Assembly: GCA_038496445.1 (NCBI GenBank)
Contig: JALMLS010000538.1
Coordinates: 1-64,000 of the forward strand
Direction: 5' to 3'
DNA: 64,000 nucleotides
Source: Trichosphaerium sp. ATCC 40318
Taxonomy: Eukaryota; Protista; Tubulinea
In this document: positions 50,174 to 61,145 of the stretch, piece after piece
Position numbering within the stretch: position 1 is the stretch's first letter
Layout: every line of letters begins with the position of its first letter
Notes under the pieces: model-generated
Told to the model about the DNA's origin: nothing
Databases searched by the model: none
Seen by the model: the letters and a program-made list of their open reading frames with translations, nothing else
Translations under genes and position numbers: made by a program

Positions 50174-51082
50174 TTATTGTAGAATGTGAAGATTCTCATA
50201 TTCTGGGTCATGTGGTCGTGTTGGGTAACAACTACAGTACAAGTCTCTTCTATAGTATCTGGTTTTTGGTGCATATACGATCTGACAGTTAGGAATAGAT
50301 CCAGAAGGTGGTAGAGGAGATGGTACATTGCAACAAATACAAAAGAACGTTGGCTTGGTACCGTTGTTTGCTGATGGTGCTGGGTACGGCGTTGGCGTAG
50401 TACCGTTGTTTGCTGATGGTGCTGGGTACGGCGTTGGGGTTGTGCCGTTTCCTGCTGGCGCTGGATATGGTGTTGGTGTGGTGCCGTTTGAAGATGATGG
50501 CGCAGTTCCGTTTGTAGCTGGAGGGAATGGCATTGGATTGGTACCGTTCGAAGTGCCGTTTGATGCTGATGGCGCAGTTCCGTTTGTAGCTGGAGGGAAT
50601 GGTGTTGGATTGGTACCATTCGAAGTGCCATTTGTCGCTGGTGCTGTGCCGTTTGTTGTTGTGTTTGCTAGCAAAACACCACGTTCTACTGGGGCTGCGG
50701 CCATAGTCGGCATTGCTTGAACTGGAGCAGTTGGTGCGGCAGTATGTCTTCCCTGAACTGAAGCAGTTGGTGCGGCAGTATGTCTTCCCTGAACTGAAGC
50801 AGTTGGTGCGGCAGTATGTCTTCCCTGAACTGAAGCAGTTGGTGAGGCAGTATATCTTCCTTGAACTGGGGCTTGAACTGAAGCAGTTGGTGCGGCAGTA
50901 TATCTTCCCTGAACTGGGGCTTGAACTGGAGTTTCGATGTTTCCTGCATAATCACCTCCTGCAATTGCATTGTCGTTTTGATCTAAAGACAAGCGGGCTA
51001 TACGTTTACGAAGAGGTTGAGTTGCTAGAGCCCCTAAGATACATAGAGCTAATACTATGACTAGTGATTGTTTTTGAAGCAT
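50174..51082 (-). CDS. Secreted intronless repeat-rich protein (Thr/Ala/Pro repeats, many NGT sequons, Cys-rich C-terminus)
   Basis: 302-aa ORF with signal peptide, RKR, (H/Y)TAAPTASVQGR repeats, NGTTPTPYPAP repeats and a C-terminal CICC...C...YCSCY segment. Confidence 0.85.
   Translation of the reverse strand: MLQKQSLVIVLALCILGALATQPLRKRIARLSLDQNDNAIAGGDYAGNIETPVQAPVQGRYTAAPTASVQAPVQGRYTASPTASVQGRHTAAPTASVQGRHTAAPTASVQGRHTAAPTAPVQAMPTMAAAPVERGVLLANTTTNGTAPATNGTSNGTNPTPFPPATNGTAPSASNGTSNGTNPMPFPPATNGTAPSSSNGTTPTPYPAPAGNGTTPTPYPAPSANNGTTPTPYPAPSANNGTKPTFFCICCNVPSPLPPSGSIPNCQIVYAPKTRYYRRDLYCSCYPTRPHDPEYENLHILQ
50355..50660. repeat. Coding tandem repeats encoding NGTTPTPYPAPSAN and NGTSNGTNPxPFPPATNGTAP
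   Basis: Duplicated units of about 42 nt and about 75 nt are visible in the DNA. Confidence 0.8.
50718..50930. repeat. Coding tandem repeat, 36-nt unit (48-nt variants) encoding (H/Y)TAAPTASVQ(APVQ)GR
   Basis: Near-identical copies of tgaactgaagcagttggtgcggcagtatgtcttccc. Confidence 0.9.
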
Positions 51083-52638
51083 TGTTGTTTATCGTGTTGA
51101 GCTTGTAAATAATGACATATTTTAACTAAACGTTTCCCAAAAAAACAAAAAACGAAGAAAATTGCATGGTGCAAATGGGATTTTCCGCTTTCGTTGCTTA
51201 GAATCGTTCAAATAACTATTATGGATGTATATAATACATATTAGCACTTATTCAATTGCATGGTGCAATTTTAAATCACATTTTTTCAAATTTTTGAATT
51301 TTGTGAGTTTTCTGTTTTCTGATATACTTGGGAACCTCATAATAAAGTTACACTCGCTTGGACGTACGCTTGCGTAGTGATTTGTCAAGACTTAAATAGA
51401 TTTAGAAGTTGTTTCTCCTTTTAGAGCAACAACATTTCTAGCGATTCCACAATTCTGATGTTCCTAACGTGTATCTCGTGGCGTGTGAAACATCTTGAAT
51501 AGACTTCGAGTGGCTTCGTGAACAAGTTTCGTGATAATAACATCCCAATAGACTATAGGCGTCGATAATGGTTTACATAGTCTACACGAAACATCACGGT
51601 GCCAATATGTGAACGATTATAGTAAAATACAAGAACCTAAAATTAGCGAATAAGGAAAGAGTAGGAGCGTGAAGCTTTCACAGAACAATAACGAATAAAC
51701 CATGAATATATAGGTGTAAGCCATCTAAGTGATCACGTGACGCATGTATATGACATAACGTTCTATCAAAACATCTCTTTTGATCAAGTTCGGGATTACC
51801 ACTCGTTTCTTTTTGTCCAGTTTTTGAATATTATTACCGTAGGTGCCCATGCTTCAAAAACAGTCTATAAACTGTGCTCTTAACGATTTTTTGCCCAAAA
51901 AAAAATGTTGTAGTAAATTCCTTCTCGTAACTTCTTTTATGATGTCTTTCAGATCTTTGTAATCAGCTCTTTTTGTGAGTGTTGGTGGTTTTCATTTCGG
52001 AATTGACCCAGATTATCGTTAAACAACAGTAATGTTCTACATCTCGCTAGCTATGTCAACTTTTGGATTTCTTTTTTTTTTCAACAATCAATACTTAACG
52101 TCAAGTTTTGTTGATTTTAGGTTCTCTCAATACCACTCATAAACGCCATGGAGCATATCAAACTTTTTGTTATTGGAGATAGAGCAGTTGGTACGCGAAT
52201 AGTTGTTTAACATTAATATTCATTTATTTAGGCAAAACAAGCTTGCTTCTGGCAGGTTTGGTAAACAGAGGAATATATAATACTTACATTAGCTAAAGAA
52301 AAATCAAATTGTGTTGTCATGTGAATCAAATAATACTACGAGTAGTAATATTTCAACTTTTTGCAACAAAGAGAGCAAGACATAAATATGCAAGAAAACT
52401 CGCACTGTTTTCGCAACTTCCGCCTCTGCCTTTAAAACTCCAAACCACAAATCCACACGGTTATTCTACGCACAACAAATCCGTATAGAGTTGGTAAGTT
52501 TTAAATAAAAATCGTCATGCCTCGATGAATATTCGTGACAACTCCTTCTACCGAGTTTGAGTTATCCATAAAAACCACAACAATGGTTCAAACAATACTG
52601 AAAACCAACAAGCACTACGTGTTGTTGAAGGTTTATTT

Positions 52639-52983
52639 TTAGACATTATTTATCTCAGTCCCTTTTGTTATAACAACTGGGCTAGTACCATGTACACCTT
52701 TAGCATCTGAGCTATTGGTAGTTTGACCAACTGTAACATCCTCTGTAACAACATAGCCGTCTGTTGTTTTTCTAAGCTTCAAAGAGAAACCAGGGAATGC
52801 GTAGTTTGTTTCTGATTCTTTTTTTCCTTTAACTTCTCTTTCGTCGTTATCGCAGGCACCAGAGTCGTTGTCGTAGTGTGTACGATAACAATACGTTATT
52901 GTTGCTGTATTATCACTTAGTAGTTCAATAGTTGTCTCCGATGAATAGCTACGCCATACGCTTCCCTGTGCTATTGTTGTCAT
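52639..52983 (-). CDS. Small intronless orphan protein (114 aa, Thr/Ser-rich, beta-strand-like)
   Basis: ATG at 52983 after an A-rich leader (aacaacagcATG), coding-like composition. The upstream extension of the ORF to 53190 looks non-coding. Confidence 0.6.
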   Translation of the reverse strand: MTTIAQGSVWRSYSSETTIELLSDNTATITYCYRTHYDNDSGACDNDEREVKGKKESETNYAFPGFSLKLRKTTDGYVVTEDVTVGQTTNSSDAKGVHGTSPVVITKGTEINNV

Positions 52984-53847
52984 GCTGTTGTTTGTTTTGT
53001 TGTTGAGAATTATTAATAATAAACAAGCAACGGAATTTGGTGGGTCAAGGTCAAATACGTTCTGTGAACGATTTCCGGCGACTCGCCAAAGGAATTGAGG
53101 TAAAACGTTAAACGAACAGATTGATCTGTGTTTCAAAGTGCCTTGTTGTCGAACAGTTTCATTGCATGGATTATTTATTTCGCTTACCATATAGGTAGGC
53201 CAAAAGCATAGACTATCAACTTATCGTGCTACGGATTTAGTGTATAAACCCCGAAAGAATATGTCAAGTAAAAGATTCGCCTTTGCTTTTTATGATCCAA
53301 TTATTGTCTACCAAATAGGTGCGTGTTCATATACTACTCAATGACGGATTAGAAACTTCCAATGATCGAAGAATAATGGTGAAGAGACATACTAAACATC
53401 TCAATAAAACGATAATAGTGTCTAGCAATTTTGTAGAGTTTTGAAAACGGAAACATGTGCGACCTGGCACAAGCTAGTCACAGCGGTTCCTTCGGAGCCA
53501 GGCATACAGCCCCAAACAGAGTTTAGTATGAAGCTGAGAGATAACCAGTATGTACTAAAGCGCCCTTTAACGTTGTACACAGTGGGTTCAACGTTTCCAA
53601 CATTTCTAGCATTCAAAAAAAGTAGCCTACATTTTTCTTCAAAAAGAAAACAACAAATTGCACCAAGTGAACCCGTTCTCATCCACAACAAGTATACTCC
53701 ATTACAACTATACCTAATATATACACGAAAGACCCAGTCTATACACCAACAATACTTTGCTTTCAAAATAAAACATTGACTCTTTTTTTGTAATTACAAC
53801 TTTTTTTTTCTTAGAAGTTCGTTTTTCTTTTTCGTTCTTGGTTTCTT

Positions 53848-56563
53848 TCAAGACTTCTTAGAATCTTGACCCCATATCTGATCAATACCCCAGCTAGACC
53901 AAAAACTTGTATCAGTACTATTACTAGGCTTATTACTACCCATCTCAGGTACAATAACATCCTTATAAACCAAGCTGAAGAGCTTAATAATCCTTAAAAT
54001 CTTTTCTTCTCGAACATCGAAAACATCAGTCTTTTTTTGTTGTTTCTTGAATGAATGCCTCTTCTTTTTCCTGGTATCAAATCCATCCATAGCAAATACA
54101 TCTTGAAACTCTAATTGATCAAAAGAGTCTAAGCTTGCTTGCGAAGAACTACGTGACAAAGGCTCTTCAGTAGTAGCTTTTGAACCCATAGACATCTCAA
54201 CATTGCTCCAATGACTTGATAGTCCAGGGCTAGGAGTGAACATAGCAGGGCTTGATGATGCTGGTATTGTTGTCATGTTTGATGTACCAGGACTAGGAGA
54301 AAAACCAAGAGGACTACGACCCAAAGAACCATTCTTAGGTGATAGATCAAGAGTACTCATAAGCTGCCAACTACCGCATTGAATATCATCTTCCGCATCA
54401 TGTAATTCAACACGCTCTGTCTTTACAGGGCCACCAGAAGCGTGAACAATAATAGATCTCATAGGCATAGCAGCAGATGAAGAAGTAGTAGATGATGGCG
54501 ATGAGTCTTCATTCTTATATGTATTATTAAAATTCTTCTCTCTATTCTTCTTGTTCTCTTCATATTGTGTTTTTATATGATGAAGAGAAAATGTTTTTTC
54601 TTTAAGACTACAAAGCATATAAAATGTAAACATAAATATATCCTCTCCACGACGCTGTCTATCAGAGAAGTGATGACGGAAAAGCATCCAATCGTATCCT
54701 ATTGTAAGATAAAGCATCTCTTCAGCTGTAAGAGAAGCATGAACAAGACCATCAGCCCAAAGAAGAATACGAAGAAGAGAAATAAACATTGGCGTTCTAT
54801 CCCAACCAGAAATACAGTGTATGAGAATACCTCCCGTTTCATCATCACATAGAAGGTATAGCATCTAAGTACATCAATAAACACCAGTTGAGAGGTAACT
54901 CAAGTTCAATTTCGCGAAAAAGCGAGAAAAAAAACCTCGGAAAAACGGGAAAAAGAAATCGTTTTTGAGCGACTAGTAATGCGTACGCGGAGTAAGTAAT
55001 TCTGTGTTAGCGTTGTGATATCCCATTGCTTGTATTTTTGCCAGTTTATCATAGGCATAACACACATTTCTTCATCAACATTAAGAAGGCATTTCTTGGC
55101 TTTATTCCAATCAAAGACCATCGACTTTGCTAAAACAAGCGAAAAAACAGTAAGAAAACAGGTTACTGTAAAAAAAAATCACGTGAACAATTTGTTCTTG
55201 TGAAGAACAAAAGAAATAGAGTTGGAGTGTAGAACACTGAAAACCTTATTCGGAGCAAGAAGCGAAGTACGTACAAGTATTATCAGGGTTATTAATCTTG
55301 AAATTATTAAAAAATTCTACGCCTGGGTATGGCATACTGAGCAACCGAAATCGGTTATAGCGACCGTGACGATCATTCTTCTCACTTGAACATATAGTAA
55401 CACCATATTTCTTTCGGGTATTTTCAACCATAAAGTCACAAATATGACTACAAGTAAGTTAAAAAATTTTCTATTTCAAGAAAAATTAAAAATAGATTTT
55501 TTTTGGCAACGTACGTTACGCCCAAGCCTTGAATTAAATCAATATCAAATGATCTATGTTTATCAACTGTAGAACGGTAATTATTATGATCGAATTCAAG
55601 CTCTGAATCTAAGGGGACGTAAGTCAAAAACCAACAAAAAAAAACCCGAAACAAAAAAAAAAGAAAAGATCATTGCAAGTCCACAAAAAGAAACATACCA
55701 GAATCTAAGCTATCTGTGCTTGTTTTCACTTCAGATGACTGAAATAAAGAAACAGCAACTGCATCTTTTAACGAATTAACACCAGACTGTAATGTACACT
55801 CTAGCTTTTGAGATAACGTCGAAGAACGACAAATCAGGCGACCATTTACTACTAGAACTGGTAATGGAAATCTCGTTCTTACCTAAATAAAAAACAAATC
55901 AGAACAATGTATTAACACAAGCACAGTCAGAACTACAGCAAAACAACAAAATAAAAAAGAAAAAACCGTCAGGAACTGATAATTTTGGCAACAATGTTTT
56001 GTAATTATATTGCCGTCATATTATTGCCATTGCTTTATTTGTGCGTGTGAGGATACTTTTAGGAAAGAAATCCAAATACACAAATAAAGAAAGACCAGTC
56101 GTTAAAATATGCGTTTATAATTGGCTAATTTAAAAATCTAGTACTTTAGATAACATACCCTAGCAAAACGAGAGTCGTTTATGAGGTTTGTGTACGCTTG
56201 TTCATTTTTTAAGCGAAGACGCAGTTTATTGTCTGCAGTTGGGCTTGACTTGCTAGGAGATAGTGGTACAGCGATTTTCAGCGGGTATGTGCCACATAAC
56301 TCACCCTTGGCGTTGTCTATGTGCCAACCTTTTTTGTAATCACGAAGTATCAGCTGAGTGCATAAGTCGTTGATTTTAGCAACCTACGCAGTGGTTATTT
56401 ACTAGTATTCTAAATACGAAAAAAAAAATGTTGTGTGGCTTACTTCAGCGTCGTTTGGATCCCACTTCGTTGTGGATAGCTCATCGTAGTGTGCATAGTA
56501 TCGTACTAGGGAGTCAATGTTTTCTCTCCAATGTTCATCTATAGGAGGCTGTATTCTGCTCAT
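53848..56563 (-). CDS. MTMR14: Myotubularin-related phosphoinositide phosphatase, MTMR14/Jumpy-like, multi-exon
   Basis: HCISGWDRTPMFISLLR...WADG, RFPLPV, ICRSSTL, DFMVEN, YPGVEFF, LTQNYL, YDWMLF. Confidence 0.92.
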
Positions 56564-56818
56564 TTGTGCATAGACAGTTATTTAACGACTTTTTTAAATG
56601 GATAGGATGATAGTGGGGAATTCCTGCGCTGTTAATCTTCCTCTGTATTAACTCGCGATAATATTATACAAGGTATAGCGATAGTCTACTGCAATGCTGT
56701 AGGAAAACTAAAAACCAAAAACAAAGTTACTAAAGTCGTTGACTTTTTTTTGTCCTTTTTTTGGTCGCAGTTGCGAGAATTTTCATTGCTGCGCTTTTAC
56801 TGTTAATTGTGAAGTGTG

Positions 56819-59021
56819 ATGTCCTCGACTCAAGGAGAGGTTACTTCCAATGGCAAGAAATTGACTCGTGCGCAGCTGAAGCGTTTAAAACGTAAACAAA
56901 ACAAAAAAAAGAAAAAGAAGCTCTTGAAGGAGTTTAGTAAAAAGAAGCGTGCCAGAGAAGCATCACAAGAGGCAAAACCTGTTGAAGATGTTGAGGTTGA
57001 ATACGTTACAGAAAACCCTCTAGAGGACATGGACGAAGAAAACACAGCGTATGCGGATTTTGCAAAGGTTTTTGCGCACTTTGACGCGAAGGACGAGGAC
57101 GAAGACATGGAAGAACAAAATAATAGCGACTCTGAAGGAGAAGAGGACGGAGAGGACGAAAAACTAATTTCTAACAAACAGAAGAGGCTAAAGAAGCGTC
57201 TAGACATAGCAATTTTGAAGCAACTGGTCACTCGCCCTGATTTGGTGGAGATCTGGGACTGTAGCGCTGCTGACCCTTGGTTGCTTCTACACTTCAAGTC
57301 ACTACGAAACTCTGTTCCTGTACCGCGTCACTGGTGTCAAAAACGTAAATACTTGCAAGGAAAGCGTGGTATTGAGAAGCCGCCGTTTGAGCTGCCAGAA
57401 TTTATTCAAAAGACTGGTATTATGAGAGTGCGTGATGCCTCAGGTGCTGGTGGATCAGCTGGCCTAAGACAGAGTGCCCGTGATCGTATGAACCCAAAAA
57501 TGGGTCGTTTAGATATAGACTATCAGGCACGGACGCTGTTTTTCTGAATTTTTTTTTTTGATTTTTTTGCCGCCTTCCTTGAACGTTTTTTTTTGATCTA
57601 ATTTTATTTGTAATAGGTACTACATGATGCGTTTTTTAGATATCAAACAAAACCGCAAATGACTCGATTTGGTGACTTGTATTATGAAGGCAAAGAGTTT
57701 GAATTAAAAGTCCAAGAAAAGAGACCAGGTGTATTGAATGAAGCTCTTACAAAAGCTCTTGGTATGCCACCAGGTGCACCACCACCATGGCTTATTAATA
57801 TGCAACGGTACGATAAAATCAACAATCGTGATTGTAAAGTAATAGTCATTCATTCTTTTTCTTTTTTTTGTTTCGTTGACACGTGCTTTTGTTTTTAAAA
57901 TAATCTTATGATGTTTCAATTACTTATGGTTTTTCATAGTGTCGGTCCACCGCCTAGTTATCCAAAACTTAAAATACCAGGATTAAATGCGCCAATCCCT
58001 GATAATGCCGTGTGGGGGTACGTTCTTTATTTTTGTTGTTTTTGAAATTTTTTTTTTTTTCAAATGTTGACTTTGCTTACGTATTGTAGTTTTGGTCCAG
58101 GACAGTGGGGTAAACCACCTGTTGATGAACTTGGTAGACCGTTATATGGTGATGTATTTGGTGTTGGTCAACCAGAGGCACCACCAATCGCTACAGCACC
58201 TATTCAAAGGTACTGTTTCTGTGTTTTTTTTTTTTTTGGTTTTACTTTTTGTCGTTTTTCTGTAGGCTTATTTCTTATTAGGAGTAAGTGGGGTATTTTA
58301 CCAGATGACTATTCGTCAAGTGAGGAAGAAGAGGAACTTGAAGGTGATGATGTTGACATGGGCGTCGATGATGATGATATGAAGGGTATGGAGACGCCTA
58401 TTACGTCTTCTATACAACCACCACAACCACCAATGCCACCACCACCTTCAGAGACACCACAACCACCAGAACCAAAACAACTCTACCAGTACGAAATGAT
58501 TCATTTTTTTTGTGTTTTTTTTTTGTTTTCTTTTTGGCCTTCTTTCTTTGTGGTTCAAATCATTCGAATTCTTTCCTCCCATCACAGGACTTCTTTATGT
58601 AATCAATATATAATGTAAGGGTCTTTATGTGGGCGAGAAAAGGAATAATTTGGATGACTTGAAGCCTGTCATTGTGGTTTTTTTTTAGTCTTCTTGTACT
58701 CATTTACTTTATTACAGAGTTTTGGAACAAAAAGATACATCTGTTGGAGACGAATTCCTTGGATCTTCTCATACTTATAAAATCGATAAGAAAAAGAAGG
58801 ATAACAGGGTTGATATTATTAGATCTAAAAAGACTGATGAATTCGATGTTACTCTTGATCCTGAGGATTTACAATTATCAGAAGCAGAGTTGAAGAAAAA
58901 ATATGAAAAGGCTCTTAAAGATAAGCAAAGAGAGAAGATTACTGAGGACTCTAAGAAGAGAAAACGTGATAGAGATGATCGTGATCCTAAGAGAAGAAAG
59001 TACAAGGACTTTAAGTTTTAA
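56819..59021 (+). CDS. SF3B2: Splicing factor 3B subunit 2 (SAP145/Cus1)
   Basis: RNSVPVPRHWCQKRKYLQGKRGIEKPPFELPEFI, DIDYQVLHDAFF, GDLYYEGKE, PPPWLINMQR, GPPPSYP, WGKPPVDE, terminal KDFKF. Confidence 0.96.
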
Positions 59022-59235
59022 AGTACTTTGTGTAATGTACAAGAGGTGAAAAAGGGGTATAGAATCAAAGCCCGCCTCTCCCCATTTTGTGTGAGTAATA
59101 AAAAAAAAATCAAAAAAAAAAAAGATGGTCGTTCCTCTTTTGTTTACTTCTGTCGCTTTCAAGCCTGATAATTACAGCTTGATGACTTAAAAAACACTCC
59201 TTTAGTGTCTCATGTACGTTGTAGAGCTGTCACTG

Positions 59236-59245
59236 GTCACGTGAC
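59236..59245. promoter_or_regulatory. GTCACGTGAC (CLEAR/E-box consensus) about 85 bp upstream of the dipeptidase ATG
   Basis: Perfect palindrome in a short intergenic region. Confidence 0.5.
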
Positions 59246-59329
59246 TCACAAGTTGTATGACTTAATAGGTTTTAAGGTAGCTACAAAATATTTGTTTTTT
59301 GAACTCAGTAGCCAAAAGTTTTAGCAAAT

Positions 59330-61026
59330 ATGCACGCTGCTCGTAGATTTCTACTAGCTGGTTTTATTATCAGCGCGATTATTTTCACAGGCACGTGTAA
59401 AAACTACGATTGTGGCTTTTTTTTGTATTGATTCTGTTTTAGCACTTCTTATGAGGTCTTCAGTGCCATCATACCTCCAAACACGGTTTTTAAAGGGTCC
59501 AGATGTTGCTCGTACTTTATTGCGTGACGAATACTACGAACGCGCTGTAAGGATCATGGTACGTAAAAAAAAGTACTTTCCAATGACATTTCACTTCAAC
59601 TCACTTTTTTTTGGTATCAAGGAACAACATCCTCTTATTGATGGACACAATGATATCCCACATAAGTATAAAAACCTAGTAGATTATGACCTTTCCAAAA
59701 TGGATTTTGCTGTACGCTAGATCACGTGAAAACTTGTTTTTTTCCCTTCTCACAAATATCGTCGCATTGACTTGCTTTTGTAGCTTCCTCAGCCAAGCTT
59801 ACAGACAGATATACCTCGTATACATGAAGGAAAACTAGGCGCTCAATTTTGGTCTGTTTATGCACCTTGTAATACGCAGATACCTATTGAATACACGCAA
59901 GGACAGATAGACTTTGTCAAAAAACTATGTGCCACATACCCAGAAGCTTTAGAATGCGCTTACACAACCGAGGATATCGACCGCATTTTCCCCGATCGTC
60001 TTCCTTCTCTAATGGGTAAATATGAGGGGATCATGACTTTAGGTGTTTAACTGGGTTCGTTTGTTTAGGTTTGGAAGGTGGACATCAACTTGGGCTTGGA
60101 ACTAATGAACAAGAAACATTGGCAGTACTTCGTAGGTTCTATAATGAAGGAGCAAGATATATGACTCTTACACATAACTGTAATACTTTCTGGGCTCAAG
60201 CTGCTACCAACAATGGAGCTTTTCCAGAAGTTAGAGGACTCACACCTTTTGGTGTTACTGTAATACAAGAGATGAACAGACTTGGCATGTTTGTTGACTT
60301 AAGGTACGATTTGCAAGCTTCAATTTGTTTCATAAGAATTGTCTTTATACTGGGTCTTCACGGGCTCTTTTCTCTTTCTGAACCAGTTCTCTAATTAACA
60401 TCTGTTAATATAGTCACGTTGCTATTGAAACAATGCACGACGCTTTGGACGCGAGTACTGCGCCAATAATATTCAGTCACAGTTCAGGTAAAATCCATTG
60501 TCAAGAATGCATTTATATTTGCTTATCACGTGATAGCACGTGCTGTAAATGATAACCCAAGAAATGTCCCAGATGATGTACTACTTCGTCTACCTAAAAA
60601 TGGAGGTGTTATAATGGTACAAACTAACGAGAAAAGGAAATGCTCATTGTTGTTTAGATAACTTTTGTTGGGTCTTTTTTGGTTCCTGTACCACCTGCCT
60701 ACATTAGCGATGTAGTAGACCATATTGACCATGTTAAAAATCTTATTGGAGCTGATTATATTGGTATTGGAGGTGACTATGACGGAACAACTTCCTTGCC
60801 TGTTGGGTAAACTTTTTTTTAAATCAACCTTTCTTGTTTCGTAGTTAATTTTCTTCGCAGTCTCGAGGATGTATCACGCTATCCATACTTATTCGCTGAG
60901 CTATTGAGACGTGGTTACACAGACAATGATTTGATAAAGATCCTTGGAGCTAACTTATTACGTGCCATGAGGCAAATGGAAGCAGTTGCAAGAAACACTG
61001 AGCCAGTTGACGTAGTCTATAACTAG
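59330..61026 (+). CDS. Membrane dipeptidase (peptidase M19), multi-exon
   Basis: [70 protein letters not shown]. Confidence 0.94.
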
Positions 61027-61078
61027 AACATATCTTTAGTACTTTGTAAACAATTGAAGAGTATGGAGTAAAATACTA

Positions 61079-61090
61079 TGTCACGTGACA
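61079..61090. promoter_or_regulatory. TGTCACGTGACA 12-bp palindrome about 60 bp upstream of the Sel1-repeat gene
   Basis: Perfect palindrome in a 120-bp intergenic gap. Confidence 0.5.
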
Positions 61091-61145
61091 ATTTCATGAA
61101 ATACATTGACTAGTCGTAAAAGCTTGGGTTTTTTTGAGGCTTGTG

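Noticed and set aside
50170-51060. Several long overlapping ORFs in alternative frames and strands
   Set aside because: They are by-products of stop-free tandem repeats in the real 302-aa gene.
53422-53779. Antiparallel ORFs of 112-114 aa
   Set aside because: Non-ATG or weak starts, no recognisable motifs and no supporting splice structure.
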